Below, piece by piece: positions 1 through 9,500 of a stretch of DNA of 64,000 nt. A model generated the notes under the pieces. The model did not search any database, was not told the origin of the DNA, and was given only the letters and a program-made list of their open reading frames with translations. A program made the position numbers and the translations under genes. Within the stretch, counting starts at the first letter, position 1. Each line of letters opens with the position of its first letter. Origin of the DNA: Polyangiales bacterium (GTDB lineage Bacteria; Myxococcota_A; Polyangia; Polyangiales; Ga0077539); the NCBI GenBank assembly GCA_044229975.1, contig JBGARZ010000015.1:128001-192000 (forward strand). Reading direction: 5' to 3'.

Positions 1-17
1 ATCGTACGTAGTTCCCC

Positions 18-428
18 TCAGCGGTCGCAGAGACCCGACGTGACCAGCGACTCGGGCGGCGCTCCATCGGCGCCCATCCGACACGCGGGCGCGGCGATGT
101 CCCGGGCCTCGTCCCGATCGCCACGCGCGGCCAGCATCGTGGCCAGCGACGATCGCACCCTCAGCTCCCAGCGGCGGTCGTTGGCGCTCGCGGTGGGGCC
201 CGTGATGACCCCGAGCGCCATCCGCAGGTGACGCTCGGTGTTGGCGCGGTCGCCCGCCTGGCTCTCCCGCGCGGCCTGCTGGAAGAGCCCTTGCGCCGAC
301 AGCGGACCGCCCCCGCCTTCGCCGCCGGGCAGCGGCGAGCGGGTCATCGCGTACACGACCCCGATCATCAGCGGCGTCCCGATGAGGATCGCCCAGATCG
401 TTCGGTGACCGCGGTGCCTCAGCTCCAT
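18..428 (-). CDS. Hypothetical membrane-anchored protein with TPR-like helices
   Basis: 136-aa ORF with an N-terminal hydrophobic segment (WAILIGTPLMIGVVYAM), a Gly/Pro linker and a helical Ala-rich region. Confidence 0.6.
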   Translation of the reverse strand: MELRHRGHRTIWAILIGTPLMIGVVYAMTRSPLPGGEGGGGPLSAQGLFQQAARESQAGDRANTERHLRMALGVITGPTASANDRRWELRVRSSLATMLAARGDRDEARDIAAPACRMGADGAPPESLVTSGLCDR

Positions 429-465
429 CGCGCCACGATACGGGGTGCGCCCGCGGACGCAACCG

Positions 466-1689
466 TCACGCGCGCGGCACCGGCTGGCGGATGGGGGTCA
501 TCGCCCCGACGACCATCAAGGCCACGAGCGCCGCGCCCAGCGACGGGAGCACCGCCCGCACGCCGTAGCGCTCCGCGAGCCGCGCCGTGAACTCTGCGCC
601 CGCTGCCGCGGGCACCGTGAGCATCGCCCAGAACGACGCCGTCACCCGCCCAAGGAGTCGGTCGGGGGTGATCTCCTGGCGCACGGTCATGGTGTTGATG
701 CCGCGCACCGTTTCACCGAAGGCGACCGCCATCGCGAGACCCGCCACGAGCGCGAGGCTGCCCGCTGCGCCGAAGCCCATGAGCCCGGCGCCCATCACCA
801 CGCCCGCGCCCAGCCAGCACGCGCCGAATCCCCAGCGTTCGCGCATCTTCGGCGTGGCCCACGCGCCCAGCACCGCGCCGAGCGCGGCCAGCGCGAACAC
901 CCGCCCCACCGCGCGGTCGTCGCCGTGGAGCGAGCGCTTCACGTGGAAGATGAGGAGGTTTTCCCGCCCCGCCATCAAGAACGCGCTCAGCCCCAGCAGC
1001 ACCGTCACGGCCCGCAGCGTGGGCACTCCCCACACGAAGCGGACGCCCTCGACGAAGCCGCCGACGAGGCTCGTGCGCTCGCGCTCTCCCCCGGTGGAGA
1101 AGCGCGCCCGGACGAAGGCGAGCGACGCGGCCGACACGAGAAAGGACGCGCAGTCGATGGCGATGGCGGTGGTGGGTCCGAAGCGCTGGCACACCTCGCC
1201 CGCGAGCATCGGCCCGACGAAGAACATCACGGCGTAGGAGCCGTGCAGGCGCCCGTTGGCCGCGATGAGCTGCGAGCGCGGGACGAGGTTGGCGACGGCG
1301 GTGATGGTCGCGACCTGGAAGGTGTTGCCGAGCAGCGCGCCGACGGAGCCCGCGACCACGAGCAGCGTGTAGCTGGGGCCGTGGAGCCACCACACGATGG
1401 GAACCGCGGAGTAGACGGCCCAGCGGCCGAGGTCGCAGGCGATCATGAGGCGACGGCGGTCGACGCGGTCGACGAGGGCGCCCGAGGCGAGGCCCGCGAC
1501 GACGTGGGCGACGGACACGAGCGCCGTGAGCCGACCCATGTGGTGGAGCGATCCGGTGGACTGCAACACCAGCAGCGGCAGGGCGATGGAGGCGAAGGCG
1601 TCGCCGAGCCCGGAGAGGGTCTGGCCGAGCCAGTAGATGTTGAAGTCGCGGTCGCGCCAGAGGGAGGGCGGCGCGGCGGTGGAGGTCAT
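466..1689 (-). CDS. MFS transporter (macrolide-efflux/DHA3-like)
   Basis: About 12 hydrophobic segments, N-terminal WLGQTLSGLGD, MFS motif A GALVDRVDRRR, C-terminal RQEITPDRLLGRV. Confidence 0.9.
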   Translation of the reverse strand: MTSTAAPPSLWRDRDFNIYWLGQTLSGLGDAFASIALPLLVLQSTGSLHHMGRLTALVSVAHVVAGLASGALVDRVDRRRLMIACDLGRWAVYSAVPIVWWLHGPSYTLLVVAGSVGALLGNTFQVATITAVANLVPRSQLIAANGRLHGSYAVMFFVGPMLAGEVCQRFGPTTAIAIDCASFLVSAASLAFVRARFSTGGERERTSLVGGFVEGVRFVWGVPTLRAVTVLLGLSAFLMAGRENLLIFHVKRSLHGDDRAVGRVFALAALGAVLGAWATPKMRERWGFGACWLGAGVVMGAGLMGFGAAGSLALVAGLAMAVAFGETVRGINTMTVRQEITPDRLLGRVTASFWAMLTVPAAAGAEFTARLAERYGVRAVLPSLGAALVALMVVGAMTPIRQPVPRA

Positions 1690-1741
1690 GACGGGGGCGG
1701 AGTGATGTCACTCCGAGGGGGCGGACGCCAGCGGTCGCGCG

Positions 1742-2614
1742 TCACGGGGCGTCGAAGCACACCTCGAAGCGGCTGACGATGAGCGCGCCCGACGGCGGAC
1801 CCGGGGTGATGCGCAGGAGGAGCGATCCGTTGCCGGGGTCGAAGGCGGCGGTCGCGTCGGCGCGGTACCAGCGATAGGGGGCGCTGTTGGCGACGAGGCC
1901 CGACGGCGCGGCGCCGGTTCCGGCGAAGGTCTGCCACGCGAACGATCCGCTGGCGCCGGTGTTGAAGCTGCGGCCGTAGAGGGCGAGCGTGACGCCCGCG
2001 ATGCGGCTGAGTCCGACGGTGCTGAGCTCGACGTCGATGAAGGCGGTGGTGGCGAGTTCGAGGCCGCCTTCGCCAAGGAAGGGGTCGCTGAAGACGGGCG
2101 TGTACCCGATGGAGCGGCTGTTGGCGGTCACACGCCAGCGCGACCGGTCGGGCAGGGTGTTGGCCTCGTAGGACACCGAGGCGCGGGAGCCGGAGGTCGA
2201 GCCGGTCCAGCGGAAGCGGGCGACGTGGGTGCCGACCGCGCCGGAGACGCAGCCGCCCGTCGCGGGCACGTCGACCGCCGGGCGCACGTCGACCGCTGGA
2301 GGCACATCGACCATGGGAGGCGCGTCGACGACTGGAGGCAGATCGATCGCAACGGGGACATCGCGAACGTCGGAAGAGGTGACATCGCGAACGTCGGCAG
2401 CAATGGCGACGTCGCGTGCGTCGGGAGTCGCAACGCCTGCGTCGAGGCGGGCGTCGGAGGCCGGGACATCGAATGAAGGTGCGTCGTCCATGGCGACGTC
2501 GTCGAGGCCCGCGTCGAGCTCACACGGGGTGTCGTCGCAGGGGTCGCCGGGGATCTGTTCGCTGCACGAGGCGAGGAGCAGCGCGAGGGCGATCGCGCGG
2601 AGGCCGACGCTCAA
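1742..2614 (-). CDS. Hypothetical lipoprotein with DV/P-rich linker and C-terminal beta-rich domain
   Basis: TTG start overlaps the upstream stop (TTGA at 2611-2614), lipobox LLASC, DVPPAVDV repeats; the ORF-track extension to 3583 is a shadow over the BASS gene. Confidence 0.7.
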   Translation of the reverse strand: MSVGLRAIALALLLASCSEQIPGDPCDDTPCELDAGLDDVAMDDAPSFDVPASDARLDAGVATPDARDVAIAADVRDVTSSDVRDVPVAIDLPPVVDAPPMVDVPPAVDVRPAVDVPATGGCVSGAVGTHVARFRWTGSTSGSRASVSYEANTLPDRSRWRVTANSRSIGYTPVFSDPFLGEGGLELATTAFIDVELSTVGLSRIAGVTLALYGRSFNTGASGSFAWQTFAGTGAAPSGLVANSAPYRWYRADATAAFDPGNGSLLLRITPGPPSGALIVSRFEVCFDAP

Positions 2615-3495
2615 GGGGTCGCACTCTCCGGAGCGGCGGCGCGGCGGCTCACCAGCGCACCGAACGCAGCCGCCGTGAAGAACATGATGAGCGAGTAGAT
2701 GGCCGGCGGAATCGCCATGGTGGAGTTGTTGAGCAGCGTCGGGCCGCTGGCGATGGCGATGGCGAGGGTTCCGTTGTGGATGCCGATCTCCATGCCGATG
2801 GCGATGGCCTGGCGCTCGGGCAGGCGGGCGACGCGCGGGACGAAGTAGCCCACCGCGAGGCTCGCCAGGTTGAAGGCCAGCGCCGCCACGCCCACCTGAC
2901 GGAAGTAGTCCCCGATGTGGGCGCGCTCCTTCAGGACGGTTCCTGCGATGACCAGCAGCAGGACGAGCGCCGACACCGCGCGCACGGGCTTGTCGAGGCG
3001 CGTGGCGAGGCCCGGGCTGATCGCCCGGATGGTCATGCCGATGGCGACCGGCGTGAGCACGATGGCGAACACCTGCATCACCTTGGAGAACTGGAGCGGG
3101 ATGACCTGCCCGTGGCCCATGAAGGCTTCGAGCGACAGGTTGACGATGAGCGGCAGCGTCAGGAGCGACAGGATGCTGTTGACCGCCGTGAGCGTGATGT
3201 TGAGCGCGACGTCGCCCCGCGCGAGGTGGCTGTACAGGTTGGCCGTGGCGCCGCCCGGTGAGGCCGACAGGAGCATGAGCCCCACCGCGAGCTCGGGCGG
3301 CAGTCCGAACACCTTGGCGATGCCGAAGCAGACCAACGGTAACAGGAGCATCTGGCAGGCGAGCCCGACGAAGACCGCGCGGGGGTAGACCACCACGCGA
3401 CGGAAGTCCGCCGGGGTGAGGCCCAGGCCGAGGCCGAGCATGACGATGCCCAGCGCGACGGGCAGCAGGGTGGTGGTCAGGGGCGATGATCCCAT
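2611..3495 (-). CDS. Bile acid:sodium symporter (BASS) family protein
   Basis: Motifs MLGLGLGLT, SPGGATAN, GDVALN and EIGIHN; multi-TM protein. Confidence 0.92.
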   Translation of the reverse strand: MGSSPLTTTLLPVALGIVMLGLGLGLTPADFRRVVVYPRAVFVGLACQMLLLPLVCFGIAKVFGLPPELAVGLMLLSASPGGATANLYSHLARGDVALNITLTAVNSILSLLTLPLIVNLSLEAFMGHGQVIPLQFSKVMQVFAIVLTPVAIGMTIRAISPGLATRLDKPVRAVSALVLLLVIAGTVLKERAHIGDYFRQVGVAALAFNLASLAVGYFVPRVARLPERQAIAIGMEIGIHNGTLAIAIASGPTLLNNSTMAIPPAIYSLIMFFTAAAFGALVSRRAAAPESATP

Positions 3496-3525
3496 GGCGG
3501 GTACAGATCCTCCGCCGCGGACGCT

Positions 3526-3670
3526 GTCGCAGGAGTTCTGACGGGTTGAAGAAGCCGCAAGGGCGCAAGGGTCGCAAGGACAAGATGAGATGAGGGTGAG
3601 TCGCCTGAGTCGTCCTCCCTTGCGACCCTTGCGCCCTTGCTTCTTCCTTCCCCGTCAGAACTCCTGCGAC
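3526..3670. repeat. Long intergenic inverted repeat (REP/MITE-like hairpin)
   Basis: Perfect 20-bp outer arms at 3526-3545/3651-3670 and perfect 23-bp inner arms at 3557-3579/3618-3640 built from GCAAGGG(T)C units. Confidence 0.85.
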
Positions 3671-3701
3671 GAGGCTTCAGCCCACAGGGGACTTGAAGGG
3701 T

Positions 3702-4850
3702 TCAGGCGGCGACGTCGGGAGCCGCCTCCTGGCGGGCCTTCGCCAACGGTCGGTAGACCCGACCCAGCTTCTCTCTCGCGCGCTCGGTCGTGAACATCCA
3801 GCGGATGCGTGCGCCCGCCGCGTTGCGCCCTCGCTCCCAGGCTGCGATCTCCCGGATCAAGCTCTCGCGGTCGGCGATGCGGCGGTCCAAGCACTGTCGC
3901 TTGAGCACGCCGATCTCGATCTCCACCATGTTCAACCAGCTCGCGTGCTTGGGCACGTAGTGGATCTCCAACTTGCGCAGCAGACGACGAGCCTCCGCGG
4001 GTTCGAAGGTGTCGTAGAGCGCGGCCGCGCTGTGCGTCGAGAGGTTGTCCATCACCACGCGAATGCGCTCCGCGTCGGGGTAGTGCTCATCCACCAGCGA
4101 CCTCATCTGGTGAGCGAACTGGCGCGAGGCGCGCTGCTCGGTCACGTCGACGTGACGCCACCCGCGGTGGACGTCGAGCACTACGAACAGGTTCGCCGTG
4201 CCATGGCGCTGGTACTCGTAGTCGACGCGGGCGGGCGCGCCGGGCGCCACGGGTTGCGGCTCGCGAACCTCGCCGATCAACTGCGTGGGGCTCTCGTCGA
4301 AGCAGAGCACCGGGCGCTTGGGGTCGGCCGGCTCTGCGTACAGATCGAGCACGTCCTCCATCCGCGCGACGTACTCGCTGTTGAGGGTGGGGACGCACCA
4401 CATCTTCTGCTGCCACGGCTTGAGCTCGTTGTCCGCGAGCCGCCGTCGCACGGTCTCGTCGCTCACGCGCTCGTGATCCGTCAGCGCGACCATCCGATCA
4501 GCCAGCAGGTCCAGGGTCCACCGCGCGCGTCCCTCCGGCGGTGCGCTGCACGCCGTGGCGATGAGGAGCGCCTCCTCCTTGCCCGAGAGCTTGCGAGTGC
4601 CGCCCGGCCGTGGGGCGTCGTGCAGGGCGGCCTCCAAGCCCTCTTCGACGAAGCACCGCTTGGTGCGGTAGATCGTGGCGGGGCTGGTTCCGACCGCCTT
4701 GGCGATCTGCGCCTCGTCCTGCGCGGCGGCCGCCGCGAGCAGGATCTGGGCGCGTTTGACCTCGCGAACCTTGGTGCGTCCGCGCGCCACGAGGGCTTCC
4801 AGGCGGGCGCGCTCGGGCTCGCTCAGGGTGACGCGATACCGTACGTTCAT
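3702..4850 (-). CDS. IS630 family transposase
   Basis: N-terminal HTH (RWTLDLLA); DDE motifs CFDES, VMDNLSTH and PKHASWLNMVEIE; start MNVRYRV preceded by GGAGG. Confidence 0.95.
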   Translation of the reverse strand: MNVRYRVTLSEPERARLEALVARGRTKVREVKRAQILLAAAAAQDEAQIAKAVGTSPATIYRTKRCFVEEGLEAALHDAPRPGGTRKLSGKEEALLIATACSAPPEGRARWTLDLLADRMVALTDHERVSDETVRRRLADNELKPWQQKMWCVPTLNSEYVARMEDVLDLYAEPADPKRPVLCFDESPTQLIGEVREPQPVAPGAPARVDYEYQRHGTANLFVVLDVHRGWRHVDVTEQRASRQFAHQMRSLVDEHYPDAERIRVVMDNLSTHSAAALYDTFEPAEARRLLRKLEIHYVPKHASWLNMVEIEIGVLKRQCLDRRIADRESLIREIAAWERGRNAAGARIRWMFTTERAREKLGRVYRPLAKARQEAAPDVAA

Positions 4851-4860
4851 CGGGCGAATC

Positions 4861-4879
4861 CTCCGTGCTGGGCACGGAG
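4861..4879. promoter_or_regulatory. Hairpin/palindrome overlapping the transposase RBS
   Basis: CTCCGTGC-TGG-GCACGGAG; on the minus strand the GGAG of the transposase Shine-Dalgarno lies in the stem. Confidence 0.55.
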
Positions 4880-4892
4880 CTCTCGCCGGAGG

Positions 4893-5162
4893 ATGATGTC
4901 GAGCGCGAACGACAACGCGGCCCGCTGGACCCCGAAGCAGGGGCAGTACCTGGCGTTCATCTACGCGTACACGACGATCCACCGACAGGCGCCCGCCGAG
5001 CGCGACATGGAGCGGTTCTTCCGCACCTCGCCGCCGACGATTCACACCATGATCAAGACGCTGGAGCGCGAGGGCTTCATCCGCCGACAGCCGGGTGTCG
5101 CGCGCTCGATCCAACTGCTCGTCGAGGCCGACTCGCTGCCTCTCCTCGTGCAGCCAGCGTGA
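4893..5162 (+). CDS. Small winged-HTH protein (LexA-N/MarR-like), IS passenger
   Basis: WTPKQGQYLAFI...P...SPPTIHTMIKTLEREGFIRRQPGVARSI resembles the LexA DNA-binding domain; GGAGG RBS. Confidence 0.85.
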   Translation: MMSSANDNAARWTPKQGQYLAFIYAYTTIHRQAPAERDMERFFRTSPPTIHTMIKTLEREGFIRRQPGVARSIQLLVEADSLPLLVQPA

Positions 5163-5199
5163 GGTTCACTGAACCCTTCAAATCCCCTGTGGCGAGGTA

Positions 5200-6522
5200 C
5201 TAGTCCTTCCAGCGATACCAGCCGAAGTCGATGCGCTCGATCGTCCCTGCCTTGAGGAGCTGCTTGACCTTCGCATCGGTGTAGCCGAGCGCACGGAGGT
5301 CGGTCGTCATCAGCTCCTGCCCCGGCGTCGGTGTCGCGCTCGACGCCGTCGGCGCCTCCTTCACGGACGCGACCGCCTTCGTCTTCGTCGGCTTCGTCGG
5401 CTTCGTCGGCTTCGTCGGCTTCGCGACCTCCGTCGTCTCCACCACCGGTGCCGCGGCCTTCGCCACGCTCTCCGGCCACAGCACCGCCACGTCGATGAAC
5501 TCCGCCGCCGTCCCCATCACGGGCGCCTCGTCGGCTGCTCCCTCCGTCGGCGCGACGAAGCTCTCCAGCGGCCCGGTCGCCGCCCACGATTGTGTCGCGA
5601 AGGTCAGCGCTCCCCGCAGCGCCGGCGACAGCGTCGTCTCGCCCGCCGCCCGTCGCAGCGACACCCGCCGCGTCGGCCGCCCGTATCCGCCGCCGTACCC
5701 ATACCCGCGACGGTATCCGCTGTCGTAGTCGTCGTAGTCGTAGCGGCGACGCGTTCGTTGCATCAGCCACTGGCCCAGCATCGGCTTCTCCATCTGCGGG
5801 CTCAGCACGAAGCGCGGCGGGTCCATGTCGGGTGCGGCGAGCAGCACCTGCGAGGCCTCCAGCGCCAGCTCCGGAAACATCGCGCAGAGCCGGTGCAGCG
5901 CCTCGACGCGCATCGGCGCGTGCTCGCACGCCGTGGGCACGGCCGCGCCACGCCGACCGTAGCCCGAGGCGAGCACGCTCATCATCTCGGCGCGGCTCAT
6001 GTGGCCGTTGAGCATCTGCTGGATGAAATCGAGTGGGTTGCTGCTCATCGCGAGCGCGCGCCCCGTCCCGCCGCCGCATGCCGGGCAGGTCGCCGCCTGC
6101 TCCAGGGTTCGCACCATCGACGCCCGGAGCAGCGCGAGCGCCTCCACCGCGGGACCGTCGACGAGCGCGCCCTCGTTGGCGCCCCAGAGCAGCCCCGGTC
6201 GCGACAGCAGCCGGTGCTCCATCAAGAGCGCGTACAGCCCCGCCGCGAGCGTCGAGTCCTTGTCCCCGAAGTTCGCTCCATGGGCCAACCAGAACTCCAT
6301 CGGAAAGCTGACGCTCAGCTCCTTCGGCGTCTTCGTCGTCGCGGCCGCGGCGCCGCTCAGCCGCAGCGTCAACCACTCCCACCGCCCCGTCGCGAGGTTG
6401 CGCATCAGCGTCGCCTCGCCGAAGGACAAACCCGTCACCGAGTACCGCGTCTCGGGTGCCCGCCGCGAGATGCCCGCCACGGCGTCGAGCTGTGCGCGTA
6501 TCGGGTCGCTCGGGGCCGTCAC
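5200..6522 (-). CDS. Hypothetical protein with CxxC...CxH motif, coupled to the SNF2 helicase
   Basis: GTGA overlap with the helicase stop; CPAC and CEH motifs, (KPT)n linker, small C-terminal domain; its TAG stop uses the IS TA. Confidence 0.75.
   Translation of the reverse strand: MTAPSDPIRAQLDAVAGISRRAPETRYSVTGLSFGEATLMRNLATGRWEWLTLRLSGAAAATTKTPKELSVSFPMEFWLAHGANFGDKDSTLAAGLYALLMEHRLLSRPGLLWGANEGALVDGPAVEALALLRASMVRTLEQAATCPACGGGTGRALAMSSNPLDFIQQMLNGHMSRAEMMSVLASGYGRRGAAVPTACEHAPMRVEALHRLCAMFPELALEASQVLLAAPDMDPPRFVLSPQMEKPMLGQWLMQRTRRRYDYDDYDSGYRRGYGYGGGYGRPTRRVSLRRAAGETTLSPALRGALTFATQSWAATGPLESFVAPTEGAADEAPVMGTAAEFIDVAVLWPESVAKAAAPVVETTEVAKPTKPTKPTKPTKTKAVASVKEAPTASSATPTPGQELMTTDLRALGYTDAKVKQLLKAGTIERIDFGWYRWKD
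5383..5423. repeat. 9-bp tandem repeat (CTTCGTCGG x4.5) encoding a KPT linker
   Basis: Read directly from the sequence. Confidence 0.9.
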
Positions 6523-9500
6523 GACGCCTCCTCCTTGGCGCGCCCGTCGAGCGAGAGGAAGGCCCGCAGCGCGCTGTCGTTCATCTCGGTGATCCACGAC
6601 TCGTCGGCGCCCGCGAGCACCTTGTTGGCGAGGGCGCGCTTGGTCTCCAGCAGCTCGGCGACGCGCTCCTCCAGGGTGCCCATCGTGACGAGGCGGTACA
6701 CGTTGACGTGCTTGGTCTGCCCGATGCGGTGCGCGCGGTCGGTGGCCTGGTCTTCGACGGCGGGGTTCCACCAGCGGTCGTAGTGGATGACGGCGGAGGC
6801 CGCCGTGAGGTTGAGCCCCGTGCCTCCCGCCTTGAGCGACACGATGAACACCGGCGGCCCTTCGGGGTCCTGGAAGGCTTCCACCATGGCCTCGCGCTGC
6901 GGCGCGGTGAGACCACCGTGGTAGAAGTCGGCCTCCACCTGGAGGCGCGTGGAGAGGGCGCGCTGGAGGATGCGGCCCATCTCGTTGAACTGCGTGAAGA
7001 TCACCGCGCGCTGTCCTCCGCCGAGGAGTTCTTCGAGGACCTCCATGGTGCGATCGAGCTTGCCCGAGCGGCCGAAGAGCACGTCGGGCTTGTCCTTCTC
7101 GAAGCTCTCGGGGTGGTTGCAGATCTGCTTGAAGCGGGTGAGCGCCGCGAGGATGTGCGCGCGGCGATGGATGCCCGCCTTGTCGGTGATGCCCTCGAAG
7201 GTGGCCTCGGTCATCGCTTGATAGAGCGCGGTCTGCTCGCGCGTGAGCTCGCAGTCGAGGTCCTGCACCTGGAGCGGCGGGAGGTCGAGCGCGATGGCCG
7301 GGTCGCGCTTGGTGCGCCGCAGGAGAAACGGACCTACGCGGCGTGAGAGCCGTTCGAGGGCCTCGGCCTCGCCGTTGCGCGAGGGCGTCTCGAAGGTGCG
7401 TGCGAAGCGGGTGGCGCCGCCCAGCAACCCAGGCACCACCACGTCGAAGATCGACCACAGGTCGCGCAGGTGGTTTTCCACGGGCGTCCCGGTGAGCCCG
7501 AACTTGGACTCGGCGTCGAGGCCGCGGAGCGCGCGCGTCTGGAGGGCGTTGGGGTTCTTGAGGTTCTGCGCCTCGTCGATGACGACGGCGCCCCAGCGCA
7601 CCGGCGTGAGCATCGCCTCGTCGCGCCGCGCGATGGCGAAGCTGGTGACCACCACGTCAGCGCTCGCCGCGGCCTTCGCAAACGCCTCGGCGTCGCGCTG
7701 CCGACCGAGCCCCTGGTGCACGTGAACCTTCAGCGACGGCGTGAACTTCTTCGCCTCCTTCGCCCAGTTGATGACCACGGCCGTCGGGCACACCACGAGG
7801 TCGGGGCCGCGCGGGGCGGGCGCTCCCTTCATGCGCCGCGTGGCGAGGAGCGCGAGCACCTGCACCGTCTTGCCGAGGCCCATGTCGTCGGCGAGGCAGC
7901 CGCCGAAGCCCTGCGTCGCGAGGAAGGCGAGCCACGACAGCCCGCGCTCCTGGTACGGACGGAGCGATCCCTTGAAGGAGCCCGGCGCCTTGAGCTGCGG
8001 AACGCCTGCGCCGTCTCGCAACCCTGCGAGGAAGCTCTCCCAGCGCTGCGAGAAGATCGACTCGGCCTGCGCGGCGCGCTCGACGGCCCACTCGTCGTCG
8101 AGGGCCACGGCCCCGGCGTAGTTGACGCCCTTGTCGGCGCCCATCTTCCGCAAGACCTTCTCGCGGGCGTGGAGGAGGTCGAGCGCGGACACGAGGTCGG
8201 CGCGCGGGAGCACGTGGCCCTGCACGCGGAGGAAGCCGTCGGTGGTGGTCTTGAGGAGCTGCTCGGCCTCGGTGCTGGAGAGCACGTCGTCGCCGAGCGC
8301 GAGCTCCAGGTGCGGCACGAAGCGGGCGCTGTGGAGGCCGATGCGAGCAGGGTCGTTGGGGTCGCCCGCGAGCTCCCAGCGGACGCGCACGCGGGCGGCC
8401 GAGGCGCTGCCCGGCGACGCGCTGAAGGCGGTGAGCTGGTAGTTGCGGCGGCGCGGTCGGGGGAGGCGCACCTCGGAGAGCCACGGGTCGTACTCGTGGG
8501 GCGGGAGGTGCACGGGAGGCTGCGCGAGGAGGGTCTGCGCCTGCTTCTCGGTGAGGCGCGCCTGACCCGTGAGGAGCTCGGGCAAGGCGAGCAGTCGCGA
8601 GCCCGCGCCGAGGACGGAGGCCCAGTCGCGCTCGGCGACGGAGGCGGGGTGCAGGAAGAGGGTGTCGTCGTGCTCGACCAGCGGGTCGTGGAGCGAGCCG
8701 CGGTCGGTGAGGGTGGCGAGCGGGAGGAAGGCGCGGCTCTCGTGGAGGACGCCGAGGTCGAGCGCCCACGAATCGCCCGCCGCGTCGGGTTGGTCGAGGG
8801 GATGGATGCGGGCGTGGAGGTGGTCCTTCGGCGGCGCGGCGACGGGGGCGAGGGCGGGGTGCTGCGGGTAGAGGCAGCTCCCGAGGTCGCGGTGCAGCGC
8901 GACGGCATCGCCGCGAGAGACGGCTTCGACGAGGGCGCGCACGGCCGCGGGGTCGGTGGGGACGCTCTGCGCGTGGGCCGTCGTGGCGGCGAGCGCTTCG
9001 AGCACGAACACCATGAAGCGCGTGGGGCGCGGGTCGATGGTCCACGACTCGATGGTTCCGCTCGTGGGGTCGATGGCGGGGAGGAAGCGCGACGCCACGA
9101 GGCCGCGGTGCAGGCGGCTCACGTCGGCGATGGAGAGCGGTGGAACCCACCCGAGCGCGACGGTCGGCTGCGCGGGCGCGGTGCCGCGACGGACGGGGAC
9201 TTCGACGGGAGCGAGCGTGGGGAGCAGCGGCCCTTCGTGGACGCGGCGGTGGAGCTCGTCGAGCAGGGCGATGACGGCGGGGGCGTGCGGCGAGAGGAAG
9301 CCGGCGCCGTAGCGGGCGGTCCAGTCGACGAGGAGCTGTCGCAGCGGGCCGAGGGTGAGGGCGGGCGGGATGACCCAGGCGTCGACGACGAACTCGCTGG
9401 TCTCGAGGGTGCGCGAAGCGGCGCGAAACCGATCGAGCTTCCAGCCCTGGACGAGGCCAGGCAGCGGCACCGGGAGGTTGTTGCCGAAGCGCGGAAGCGT

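Larger units (their letters stand above)
3682..5202 (-). mobile_element. IS630-family insertion sequence with passenger HTH gene
   Basis: 24-bp terminal inverted repeats CCACAGGGGA(C/T)TTGAAGGGTTCAG at 3682-3705 and 5169-5192 (1 mismatch); the right end continues to ...GTAC-TA (TA target at 5201-5202); encloses a DDE transposase. Confidence 0.88.
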
